A stretch of 64,000 nucleotides of DNA from Candidatus Micrarchaeota archaeon RBG_16_49_10. GTDB lineage: Archaea; Aenigmatarchaeota; Aenigmatarchaeia; CG10238-14. Shown in pieces: positions 48,196-56,909 of the stretch (position 1 is the first letter of the stretch; each line of letters starts with the position of its first letter). The translations under genes and the position numbers were made by a program. The notes under the pieces were generated by a model that was not told the origin of the DNA, did not search any database, and saw only the letters and a program-made list of their open reading frames with translations. The stretch covers positions 30,777 to 94,776 of the forward strand of contig MFRS01000003.1 in assembly GCA_001784635.1 (NCBI GenBank), given 5' to 3'.

Positions 48196-49312
48196 AGTAT
48201 ATCTTTACCGATTTTGATTTGTATTCCTTGTCTTTTGAATTCCCGATTAGATACCTAATGTTAAAATTTTCACATATGTTAATTATTTCCTCGTTTATGT
48301 CACTGTCAATCAAAACCATTTCTACGTCTTTGAGGTTTTTGTTTTCTAGGTTAAATTGTTTAATTGGCAACTTGTTCAAAAGCTTCATATTTCTGTCAAA
48401 TAAATAGGCTGCTTTTGTTCCAACCATCTTCTGCAGTATGTTCCTTATTTTTTTCTTGTTTTCTTCACTAAGATCTTTCCTAGAGTCAGAAAAGATATGC
48501 TCGAAAGGTATCTTTTCTCTTAAGGCAGAATAGATTTCCTTTCTGGTCAACTCCTCAACTTCCTTTCCCTCAGGGGCCCTAGCTACAAAATCTATGTTGG
48601 TCAGTTGGGTTATTTCTTTTAATATCAAATCACCACCCCTGTCGCCATCTAGAAAGAATGTCGTCGTCTTCTGTCTGCAAAGGTCTATTATTTGTGAAGG
48701 TATGGTAGCACCTCCCATCGCTACGACGTTTTTAATTCCATTTTTCAGTAAATTTACGACATCGGCTCTACCTTCAACTACAATAACCTCGTCGGCCTTA
48801 TCAACTTCTGGCCCCGCAACTAGATTGTTATAGGTAACCACCTCTGCAGCCCTGACTGACTCTTTTATGTTTTCTGTTAGTTTTGCCGTTTCAGGCATTT
48901 CCTCTTCCATTATTTTTTTCAGGATTCGTTTTGCCCTATCAACAACGTAATCTCTTTTCAAAGCCCTGATATCCTTTACGCCCCTTATTTTTATATCGGA
49001 CTCGCAAGGCCCTATCCTTTCGATGGTTTCGATCGCTGCGGCTATTAGAGCGGTCTCAGAGCCGTCCAAACTTGAAGGTATTTCAATTTTCCCTTTTGTT
49101 TTTCCTTTGGAAGTAGAAATGTTGACATCAATTCTACCTATTCTCCCAGTTCTCTGCAACTCCCTTAAATCCAAGTCAACTCCCAATAAACCCTCTGTTT
49201 GACCAAAAATAGCTCCTATAACATCTGGTTTTTCAACAACACCTTCTGCGCTGAAATCCGCCTCTATCAAATATTTTATTGTAGATTGCGCTAATTTCCC
49301 CATAATAATCAT
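48179..49312 (-). CDS. dnaG: Archaeal DnaG-type primase (Toprim domain; also an exosome component)
   Basis: Toprim motifs VVVEGRADVVNL and FFLDGDRGGDLI. 377 aa. Confidence 0.85.
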   Translation of the reverse strand: MIIMGKLAQSTIKYLIEADFSAEGVVEKPDVIGAIFGQTEGLLGVDLDLRELQRTGRIGRIDVNISTSKGKTKGKIEIPSSLDGSETALIAAAIETIERIGPCESDIKIRGVKDIRALKRDYVVDRAKRILKKIMEEEMPETAKLTENIKESVRAAEVVTYNNLVAGPEVDKADEVIVVEGRADVVNLLKNGIKNVVAMGGATIPSQIIDLCRQKTTTFFLDGDRGGDLILKEITQLTNIDFVARAPEGKEVEELTRKEIYSALREKIPFEHIFSDSRKDLSEENKKKIRNILQKMVGTKAAYLFDRNMKLLNKLPIKQFNLENKNLKDVEMVLIDSDINEEIINICENFNIRYLIGNSKDKEYKSKSVKIYSKEDF

Positions 49313-49449
49313 CCTCCGTGTTTTCTTATTGATTTTTAGCGACCAACAAAAGCTCCGTATATTGGAGCCACATCTAAACTATCCTTTAAAAAATAGTTGA
49401 TGAACATGATGGTCACTATCATTTATATTGTTAACGATATTTATTTAAA

Positions 49450-49992
49450 CTACAATGAAGTCCTGCAAAAACCACAAAACCATTTGTTTTTGGCAATCAT
49501 CAAATCATCCGAGTAATTGCCGCATTTTTCACAAACACCAGACGTGGTTGTTTCTTTTATAAATGGCTCGTGCTCCTTCATCTTAAACCTCAGCTCTAAT
49601 ATGTCGAACATCTCTGGGGACAACCTGGCTATGTCTGTGTTCGTAACCATACCAACTATTTTCCCGTTTTCTAAGACAGGAAATCTCCTTATTTTATGTT
49701 TCTGCATTTTGTTTATAACTTCGTTTATAGAATCGTCTGGTTTGACATAAATAATTGGGGACTTCATAATGTCTTTTGTTTTTAGTTTTTTCGGGTCTTT
49801 TGCCGCCGCAACAACGTCTGTTATTATGTCTCTTTCGGTTATAATCCCAACGGGTTTGTTTTTATTGACAATTATGAGGGAACCAACCCTTTTAGATGCC
49901 ATAATCTTAGTGGATTGCTGTACTGTGTCGTTGACGTCGGCTGTAAAGAGTTTTTTTGTCATGACCTCTTTTACTTTTATTTCAATGGCCAC
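49450..49992 (-). CDS. CBS-pair domain protein with a C-terminal zinc ribbon
   Basis: Two CBS motifs (VGSLIIVNKNKPVGIITERDI; FPVLENGKIVGMVTNTDI) plus a C-terminal CEKCGN...CGFC. Confidence 0.7.
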   Translation of the reverse strand: MAIEIKVKEVMTKKLFTADVNDTVQQSTKIMASKRVGSLIIVNKNKPVGIITERDIITDVVAAAKDPKKLKTKDIMKSPIIYVKPDDSINEVINKMQKHKIRRFPVLENGKIVGMVTNTDIARLSPEMFDILELRFKMKEHEPFIKETTTSGVCEKCGNYSDDLMIAKNKWFCGFCRTSL

Positions 49993-50032
49993 TTTATCAC
50001 TAATTTTAATAAGGTTTTAAATTATTAAATAA

Positions 50033-50404
50033 TTGTCTATGATAAAAACTTACACGAAGGGCGCCAACGCTGAGAGGGAATTGGCCAATATATTCAAACA
50101 AAGGGGTTTTGTCGTTATAAGAGCCGCTGGGTCTGGAGGCAGCATATCTACCCCTGACTTGGTTGTGATTAAAAAAGGCCTTATTCTGGCTTTCGAGATA
50201 AAATCCTGGTCAAGGAAGCCCAGTTTAAAGAACGAGGAGATGTTGGACTTCAAGGAATGGTGTGAGGTCGCGGGCTGCCTTGGTTTCTTCGTCTGGAGAA
50301 GGAAGGGTGGTGATTGGGTTTTTCTGGATATTAAAAAGTATAACGGGGGTGTCATGAACGGTGGGTTGGGTCTTGAGGATCTGTTTTTCAATATTAATTT
50401 TTAA
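50033..50404 (+). CDS. hjc: Holliday junction resolvase Hjc
   Basis: GANAERELANIFKQRGFVVIRAAGSGG...PDLVVIKKGLILAFEIKS matches the Hjc nuclease motifs (E, D, EIK). Confidence 0.8.
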   Translation: MSMIKTYTKGANAERELANIFKQRGFVVIRAAGSGGSISTPDLVVIKKGLILAFEIKSWSRKPSLKNEEMLDFKEWCEVAGCLGFFVWRRKGGDWVFLDIKKYNGGVMNGGLGLEDLFFNINF

Positions 50405-50886
50405 CTTTTATAACCAAATTTCCTCAGAAGCTCTTTCCTCTCCTTTATGTCGTTCTCTTTTTCTATTCCCTTGCTCGCAGAGCCGTCTATAACACCTATA
50501 ACTCCCCTATTCCCTTCTTTGTTCTCCATTAAAATTATTTCTATGGGGTTCGCAGTGGCCGCAAATATATTCACAACCTCGTAAACGTCCTTAATCCTAT
50601 TCAAAATGTTGATTGGGTAGGCATTTTTTATAAATATTACAAAAAAATGACCCGCTGAAACTTCAAAAGCCAACTCCGCCGCTTTTTTTTGTAAAATCTT
50701 ATCATTACCGGAATGTCTGACAAGGCACGGGCCGCTAGCTTCACAGAAGCCAAGGCCAAATTTTACGTTGGGTACTGTATTCACTATAGCCTCGTGGATG
50801 TCCTCGACTGTTTTTATGAAATGGCTCTGGCCTATGATAACGTTGCACTCGGGGGGTACATTAACTTTAACGTTGATAATTTTCAT
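50401..50886 (-). CDS. Conserved archaeal protein (possibly COG1839, the adenosine-specific kinase family)
   Basis: 161 aa. The family assignment is from memory of pattern only. Confidence 0.3.
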   Translation of the reverse strand: MKIINVKVNVPPECNVIIGQSHFIKTVEDIHEAIVNTVPNVKFGLGFCEASGPCLVRHSGNDKILQKKAAELAFEVSAGHFFVIFIKNAYPINILNRIKDVYEVVNIFAATANPIEIILMENKEGNRGVIGVIDGSASKGIEKENDIKERKELLRKFGYKS

Positions 50887-50937
50887 TCGCCCACCATAAT
50901 TAATTAAAACTATCTTTAATATAAGTTATAAGGTGTT

Positions 50938-51624
50938 TTGATGAACTTTTTAGCTATAGGGGACCACCATAACGATATTGAGAACAACCTTTCATATATG
51001 GATAAAGTGCAAGAGGTTGGTTTTGACGCCATTTTGTATATGGGGGATTTCACAGATGTAAAACAACAGAGGGGTTTTGATCAGGTGGATATAGCTAGAA
51101 TAATAATAGAGGGGTTAAAGGTTTTTAAAAAACCTATTTTTGCGGTTCCGGGAAACAATGATAATTGGGACGTTGTTAGATTATTAGAGAAAGAAAAAAT
51201 AAGCGTTCATGGGAAAGGGAAGGTTTGGGGTGATTTTGGTGTATTTGGTTTTGGTGGTGCAAAAACCCCGTTCAACACCACAATAGAACCTAGCGATAGC
51301 GACCTTAAACAAGGACTTGAAAAGGCTTTTAGTAATGTAAAAGATTGTAAATATAAAATACAAATCACACACAACCCACCCAGACAAACCAAAGTCGATA
51401 TGATAAGAAGTGGTGTTCATGTTGGTTCAGATGTTGTAAGATCTTTTACCGAAGAAAAAAACCCTGAACTGGTTGTTTGCGGTCATATTCATGAATCAAG
51501 GGGGGTTGATATGTTGAAGAAAATTTTCCTTATAAACCCTGGGAGATTTCCTGAAGGATATTTTGGGTTGGTAAATTTTGAAGATGGTGTCGTCACTGGG
51601 AGGGTATTGAATTTAATTTATTAG
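50938..51624 (+). CDS. Calcineurin-like metallophosphoesterase
   Basis: Motifs GDHHND, GDFTD, GNND and GHIHE. Confidence 0.75.
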   Translation: MMNFLAIGDHHNDIENNLSYMDKVQEVGFDAILYMGDFTDVKQQRGFDQVDIARIIIEGLKVFKKPIFAVPGNNDNWDVVRLLEKEKISVHGKGKVWGDFGVFGFGGAKTPFNTTIEPSDSDLKQGLEKAFSNVKDCKYKIQITHNPPRQTKVDMIRSGVHVGSDVVRSFTEEKNPELVVCGHIHESRGVDMLKKIFLINPGRFPEGYFGLVNFEDGVVTGRVLNLIY

Positions 51625-51850
51625 ACACACCTAGTCGTTTCCTGTGGAACTGTTTTTTTAAAAAAATAAAAATTCAAGTCATTAAAATTAAAATTCTAAT
51701 TTTACTACTGTATAATAATATAATAATATAACATTGTTATATCAGTATATATAAATAATAAAAAACTCCACTCGAAACAATGGGGTGTGAGGTATATATT
51801 TTTTCCAATAGAAACGGTTTTATTTCCACAGGAACATATTATAAAATATT
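51625..51850. other. Candidate replication origin (oriC). Inverted ORB-like elements GTTTCCTGTGGAAC (51637-51650) and TTTCCACAGGAAC (51823-51835) flank a roughly 150-bp AT-rich DUE, with an additional ORB-like TTCCAATAGAAAC plus G-string (51781-51815). It lies immediately upstream of orc1/cdc6
   Basis: The element cores share an 11/11 match (TTCCACAGGAA) in opposite orientation. The intervening 51651-51800 is more than 85% A+T. This is the classical archaeal ORB-DUE-ORB architecture next to cdc6. Confidence 0.6.
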
Positions 51851-53062
51851 ATGACAAAAGACGTCCAGACCATATTTCAAGAATTCATACAAAAAAAGAA
51901 TCAGGTGTTCAAAAACAGAGAAATGTTGAATTCCCACTTCACACCAAACACAATACCCTACAGGGACACACAAATCAACGTTCTAGCCTCTATATTAGCC
52001 CCTTCTCTTAAAAACAGCAGGCCCTCCAACATTTTTATTTATGGGATGACCGGCACAGGAAAAACCCTTGTGTCTAAGTTTGTGACGAACGAATTGGAGA
52101 GGATGTCAGCCCAGAACAACACCCAAATTAAAATATTATACGTCAACTGCAAAATGAAGAAAGTCGCGGACACCGAGTATAGGCTTATAGCCGAACTCAC
52201 AAGGATGTTGGGCCAGGAAATACCGATAACAGGTCTGCCGACAAAACATGTATACCAAACTTTTTTTAACATCGTAGACTCAAAAGATTGGTGTGTTGTC
52301 ATTATTTTGGACGAAATAGACTATTTAGTGGAAAAAATGGGCGATGGTTTTCTTTACAACCTAACACGAATAAATCAGGAGCTGGTTAACTCAAAAGTTT
52401 CAATACTTGGTATCACAAACGACCTAAATTTCATAGATATTTTAGACCCAAGGGTTAAAAGCTCTTTGGGGGAGGAGGAAATTTTATTCACACCCTATAA
52501 CGCGGTTGAACTTCAGGAGATATTGAAACAAAGATCGGCAGAGGGCTTCATAGACGGGGTTTTGTCAGAAGAGGTGATACCCAAATGCGCAGCTTTAGCC
52601 GCCCAAGAGCACGGTGATGCCAGAAGAGCCCTAGACTTATTGAGAATAGCAGGTGAATTGTGTGAGAGAGAAAATGAAAAGCAAATCACGGAAAAACATG
52701 TTGACACAGCCCTAGAAAAAATAGATTATGACAGAGTAACAGAAGTGGTCAAATCACTACCCAAACAGTCTAAACTAGTTTTATGGTCAATTATAAATTT
52801 GGTCGATAACAACCACGAAGACATACAAACCGGCGACGTCTACGGTGTTTACGAAGAGAAATGCAAGAGTTGTGGTTTACATCCCCTCACCCAAAGGAGG
52901 CTTTCAGATTTGATTTCAGAGTTGGATATGATGGGTATAATAAACGCTAAGGTCATCTCTATGGGGAGATATGGCAGGACGAGGAAAATTACACTTAGCG
53001 TCTCGCTAAACATTAAACAGAAAATAATAGAAAAACTTGAATCAACCTTAACTGTTTGTTAG
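51851..53062 (+). CDS. cdc6: Orc1/Cdc6 replication initiator
   Basis: Walker A GMTGTGKT, Walker B ILDEID and a C-terminal winged helix. 403 aa. Confidence 0.9.
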   Translation: MTKDVQTIFQEFIQKKNQVFKNREMLNSHFTPNTIPYRDTQINVLASILAPSLKNSRPSNIFIYGMTGTGKTLVSKFVTNELERMSAQNNTQIKILYVNCKMKKVADTEYRLIAELTRMLGQEIPITGLPTKHVYQTFFNIVDSKDWCVVIILDEIDYLVEKMGDGFLYNLTRINQELVNSKVSILGITNDLNFIDILDPRVKSSLGEEEILFTPYNAVELQEILKQRSAEGFIDGVLSEEVIPKCAALAAQEHGDARRALDLLRIAGELCERENEKQITEKHVDTALEKIDYDRVTEVVKSLPKQSKLVLWSIINLVDNNHEDIQTGDVYGVYEEKCKSCGLHPLTQRRLSDLISELDMMGIINAKVISMGRYGRTRKITLSVSLNIKQKIIEKLESTLTVC

Positions 53063-53078
53063 TTTTGGTGGTGATTTT

Positions 53079-54062
53079 ATGGAAGACAAAGAAATAATAG
53101 ACATTTTCATAAAAAACGGCTTCCAACTATCCCACGAAGTCTTAGAAATAATAAAAACCAACCCCGAGCACTTTTTGGTTGAATTTAAAAAATTAAAACC
53201 AAGGCCTTTTATAATAACAAAAAGGCACCTCGAAGAAATTAGTAGAAATGTAAAACCGTCACTTACTGTTAAAAAACTAAACACAAACGGCGAAAACACC
53301 ATAAATCAACTAAACAAATCTTACATCACCCATTATAAAAAAATAAAAGAAAAAATTATCGAAAGCTATTCTCCTGAAAATTTAATTTCTATCAATAACA
53401 TCCCTGAAGAAAAGAAGCCCTTTTCCGTAATATGCATGGTGAGAGAAAAGGGGGATAAACATATTTTAGCCGAGGATTCAACAGGAGATACCCACATTTA
53501 TTTTGAAGAAGAAAAGGAAGGAGAAAACATTGATGTGGGCGACGTTCTAGGGTTTATTTGTGAGTCTGACGGGAAGAAAACAGTCCTCAAAAAAACATAT
53601 TTTCCCTTCCCAAAAATAGATCGGCAAGTGAAAAAAACATCTTACCCGTTGTCAATAGGTATATTTTATGACAATTTTATAGAGCAATCTAATATAAACA
53701 TTTTATACACAGATAATGAAAAATCTAAATCAGAAAATATTGTTTTGGTCGGCGAAGATTTTTCACCTACCCTATACATGCTGGATGGCTTTGAAATTTT
53801 AATATTACCAAAAAACCCACAACCCAAAAACAAAATACTGAAGATAGTAGATCAATTGATATTTTGGGGCCCCGGGAAAACGCAAATCCTCGATTTGGAC
53901 AGCCCCCCCGACCTGATAATAACCAGTTCAGCCGAGCATTTTCACCTAAACTATAAAAACACCACCATAGTCTCAATATCTGGCCCAGAAAATTATTTTA
54001 AAATAGATATGAATACACGCGAGATTCTAGAGTATAAGGTAAATTTATTAGAGGCGAAATAA
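53079..54062 (+). CDS. Hypothetical protein with a central OB-fold and a possibly degenerate phosphoesterase-like C-terminal region. It sits in the slot between cdc6 and polB
   Basis: 327 aa. OB-like segment SVICMVREKGDKHILAEDSTGDTHIYFEEEKEGENIDVGDVLGFICESDGKKTVL. No catalytic PDE motifs are intact. Tightly packed: 16 nt after cdc6 and 4 nt before polB. Confidence 0.4.
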   Translation: MEDKEIIDIFIKNGFQLSHEVLEIIKTNPEHFLVEFKKLKPRPFIITKRHLEEISRNVKPSLTVKKLNTNGENTINQLNKSYITHYKKIKEKIIESYSPENLISINNIPEEKKPFSVICMVREKGDKHILAEDSTGDTHIYFEEEKEGENIDVGDVLGFICESDGKKTVLKKTYFPFPKIDRQVKKTSYPLSIGIFYDNFIEQSNINILYTDNEKSKSENIVLVGEDFSPTLYMLDGFEILILPKNPQPKNKILKIVDQLIFWGPGKTQILDLDSPPDLIITSSAEHFHLNYKNTTIVSISGPENYFKIDMNTREILEYKVNLLEAK

Positions 54063-54066
54063 AAAC

Positions 54067-56781
54067 ATGGAAAACACCTTTCAGGTCCTGGATGTGGATT
54101 ATACCACTGTCAATAATTCCAAGCCTGTTGTCAGACTTTTTGGGAGAACCGAAAACGGAAGCTCTGTGACAGTTTTTTGTGACGATGCCTTGCCTTACTT
54201 TTACATCTCCCCGGCAGAAGGGGAGGAGGAGAAGGTAGAGCAATACATAAAAAACAACTTCAATGAGTTTTTGGTAAAAATAGAGCGGGTGGAAAAGTTT
54301 AATCCCATTGGGTTTTCTGAAAAAAAAATGAAATTGTTGAAGGTTTTCCTAAACAACCCAGCCAAAACCCCCCTAGTCAGGGACGATTTACTAAAAAACA
54401 AATCCATTAAAAAAATTTATGAGGCCGATATACTTTTCAAATACAGGTTTATGACCGATAAAAAAATTTCAGGCATGACTTGGTATTCTGTGGAAGGAGA
54501 CGGGATAAGGACCGATTCGGTAAAGACCGAGAGGAAGATAAAAGCCAAAAAAATTACCGAGCTAAAAAAAGAAGAAAACGCCAGATTCAAGTATATGAGT
54601 TTCGATATCGAGACGATTTCAGAGGAGGGTCTGGTTTCAGATTGGGAGAGAGACGAGATAATAATAATAAGCGCCTTTTTTTATCCTTCTTATAAAAACA
54701 GAAACTCGATGATATTCGTTGCAAAACCGGTAAAAAAAAGGGAAAGCGACGTTTTGTGCTTCAATTCCGAAAGGGAGATGCTGGAAAAATTTGTCGAGAC
54801 AATGGAGGACTTCGACCCAGATTTTATTCTGGGTTACAACATAAACAACTTCGACTTCCCGTACATTGAGGCCAGGCTCAGAAAGAACAACATAAAAAGG
54901 TCAATAGGCAGATGCACCCAGAAATCAATCATGGTGTCTAAGATAACAAACAGGTACAGGGTGACGGTGCCTGGCAGAGTGGTAGTTGATATTTATGATC
55001 TCGTGAAGGAGGCGACAGTCAAGTTCGGCCTTTACAGAGGGCTGAAGAGGTTTGGCCTCTCGGATGTTTCAAGGCTGATATTAGGCGAAGATAAAGTGGA
55101 CGTTGCCCATAGTGAAATCTCCTCTTTTTGGAAGGCTGGCGGCCCCAAACTCGAAAAACTTATATCATATTCTAGGAAGGATGCCGAATTGCCGCTGAAA
55201 ATTTTGCTTAATCAGAAAATGTTGGACAAATTCATCGAAATATCTAAAGTCAGCGGAATATTAATCCAAGATGCCCTGACAAGTGGTGAAACCATCAGGG
55301 TTGACAACCTTCTTCTCAGGGAATACAACAAAAGGGATTTTGTTATACCGAACAAACCAACTAACCAAGAGATAATGGAGAGAAACAACGAAAGGGCGAA
55401 AGTAGGCCTAAAAGGAGCTTTTGTCCTCAAACCAGAGGTCGGTTTTTACGATGACTGTGTTGTGTACCTAGACTTTAGATCGATGTACCCATCAATATTC
55501 AAAAGCCTAAACATATGCACCACGACATTGGTCGTTGATGGCGATACAGAAAACGAATTTTTTGAGACTCCTTTCGGATCCAAATTTGTGAAACACTCAA
55601 CACGTGAAGGTATTTTTCCGGCTATACTCAACTACCTGCTCGATGCAAGGGCTAAAGTGAAAAAGGAGATGAAAAGTGCACAAACAGAGGAGAGGAGAAA
55701 TTATTTGTATACCAAACAGTATGCTTTCAAAACTATAGCAAACGCTTTCTATGGCTATTCTGGCTACGTAAGGGCAAGATTCTATGTTCTTGACATCGCG
55801 AGTGGCATTACCAGCACTGGTAGAGAGTCTATTAAAAAAACAAAAAAAATAGTAGAAACAAAAACCCCATACAAGGTCATTTACGGGGATACAGACTCAA
55901 TTATGGTAAAAACTAACACAAAAAATATTGAGGAAGCTTTTGAAATAGGAGAGACAATATCTAAAACGGTTAACGATGAAATAAAGATATTACAGATTAA
56001 GCTAGAAAGCGTCTTTAAAACACTCTTGCTGCTGGCCAAAAAACGGTATGCCGCTTGGTCGTTCGAGCCCATCAACGATGGTTGGCAGGAAACCATCTTA
56101 ACCAAAGGTATAGAGACTGTCAGGAGGGACTGGTGCGATTTGGTTTCTGAAACACTAGAAAAGGTCCTTGTTACCTTACTGAAAGAGCAGGACGTGAAGA
56201 AATCCGTCACCCTTGTGAAGCAGATTGTGAATGACATAAAGGACAACAAAATCGACATAAACAAACTGGTTATAACCAAAAGCGTATCACGATCTTTGAA
56301 AAGTTACAAGGGGATTCAACCGCACGTCGAACTCGTGAAGAAAATGAAGAAGCGGGACCCGTCCTCTGCCCCTGGTATTGGTGATAGGGTTGGCTATGTG
56401 ATTGTGAAAGGGAACCAGCTCATATCGCAGAGGGCGGAAGACCCAAAATATATTATTGAGCACAACCTAAAGGTAGACTCAAAGTATTATATCGAGAGCC
56501 AGCTTTTACCTCCTCTAGAAAGGGTTTTTGAGGCCCTAAATGTCCACAAATCCGAGCTTATAGGTTTTGGGAGGCAGCTTGGTGTTTTTGAATCTTTAAG
56601 GAATAGTGTAAAGGAAGAGGACACAGTAGTCGACAAACTAACGGAGATAGACGATTTCATTTGCGTCAAATGCAATACAATATACCAAAGGCTTCCCTTG
56701 TCCGGTGTCTGCAGCTATTGTAAAGGGGAGATAATGTTCTTTAAAGGGGAAAAGAAGTCTAGGGTTTTCTCACCAAAATGA
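54067..56781 (+). CDS. polB: Family B DNA polymerase (PolB) with a 3'-5' exonuclease domain and C-terminal Cys clusters
   Basis: Exo I FDIETIS. Pol motifs DFRSMYPSI (motif A region) and YGDTDS (motif C). C-terminal CVKCNTIY...CSYCKGE. 904 aa with no intein. Confidence 0.95.
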   Translation: MENTFQVLDVDYTTVNNSKPVVRLFGRTENGSSVTVFCDDALPYFYISPAEGEEEKVEQYIKNNFNEFLVKIERVEKFNPIGFSEKKMKLLKVFLNNPAKTPLVRDDLLKNKSIKKIYEADILFKYRFMTDKKISGMTWYSVEGDGIRTDSVKTERKIKAKKITELKKEENARFKYMSFDIETISEEGLVSDWERDEIIIISAFFYPSYKNRNSMIFVAKPVKKRESDVLCFNSEREMLEKFVETMEDFDPDFILGYNINNFDFPYIEARLRKNNIKRSIGRCTQKSIMVSKITNRYRVTVPGRVVVDIYDLVKEATVKFGLYRGLKRFGLSDVSRLILGEDKVDVAHSEISSFWKAGGPKLEKLISYSRKDAELPLKILLNQKMLDKFIEISKVSGILIQDALTSGETIRVDNLLLREYNKRDFVIPNKPTNQEIMERNNERAKVGLKGAFVLKPEVGFYDDCVVYLDFRSMYPSIFKSLNICTTTLVVDGDTENEFFETPFGSKFVKHSTREGIFPAILNYLLDARAKVKKEMKSAQTEERRNYLYTKQYAFKTIANAFYGYSGYVRARFYVLDIASGITSTGRESIKKTKKIVETKTPYKVIYGDTDSIMVKTNTKNIEEAFEIGETISKTVNDEIKILQIKLESVFKTLLLLAKKRYAAWSFEPINDGWQETILTKGIETVRRDWCDLVSETLEKVLVTLLKEQDVKKSVTLVKQIVNDIKDNKIDINKLVITKSVSRSLKSYKGIQPHVELVKKMKKRDPSSAPGIGDRVGYVIVKGNQLISQRAEDPKYIIEHNLKVDSKYYIESQLLPPLERVFEALNVHKSELIGFGRQLGVFESLRNSVKEEDTVVDKLTEIDDFICVKCNTIYQRLPLSGVCSYCKGEIMFFKGEKKSRVFSPK

Positions 56782-56795
56782 TAAACGTGAATTAT

Positions 56796-56890
56796 TTCCA
56801 CATGAAATGAAGGGGTGTGAAGTTCACATTTATAACGCCGTTATATACCTTGTTTTCCACATGAAACAAGGGGGTTACATGAAGTTCACA
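56796..56890. repeat. Two imperfect direct repeats of about 35 nt: TTTCCACATGAAA[T/C].AAGGGG...GAAGTTCACA at about 56796-56829 and about 56853-56890. These are ORB-like elements with a G-string
   Basis: TTTCCACATGAAA, AAGGGG(G) and GAAGTTCACA are each present twice with 58-bp spacing. The TTTCCACA half matches the oriC ORB core, and GGGGTGTGA also occurs at 51782-51790. Confidence 0.5.
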
Positions 56891-56909
56891 GTAATCAATA
56901 ACAAAAAAG

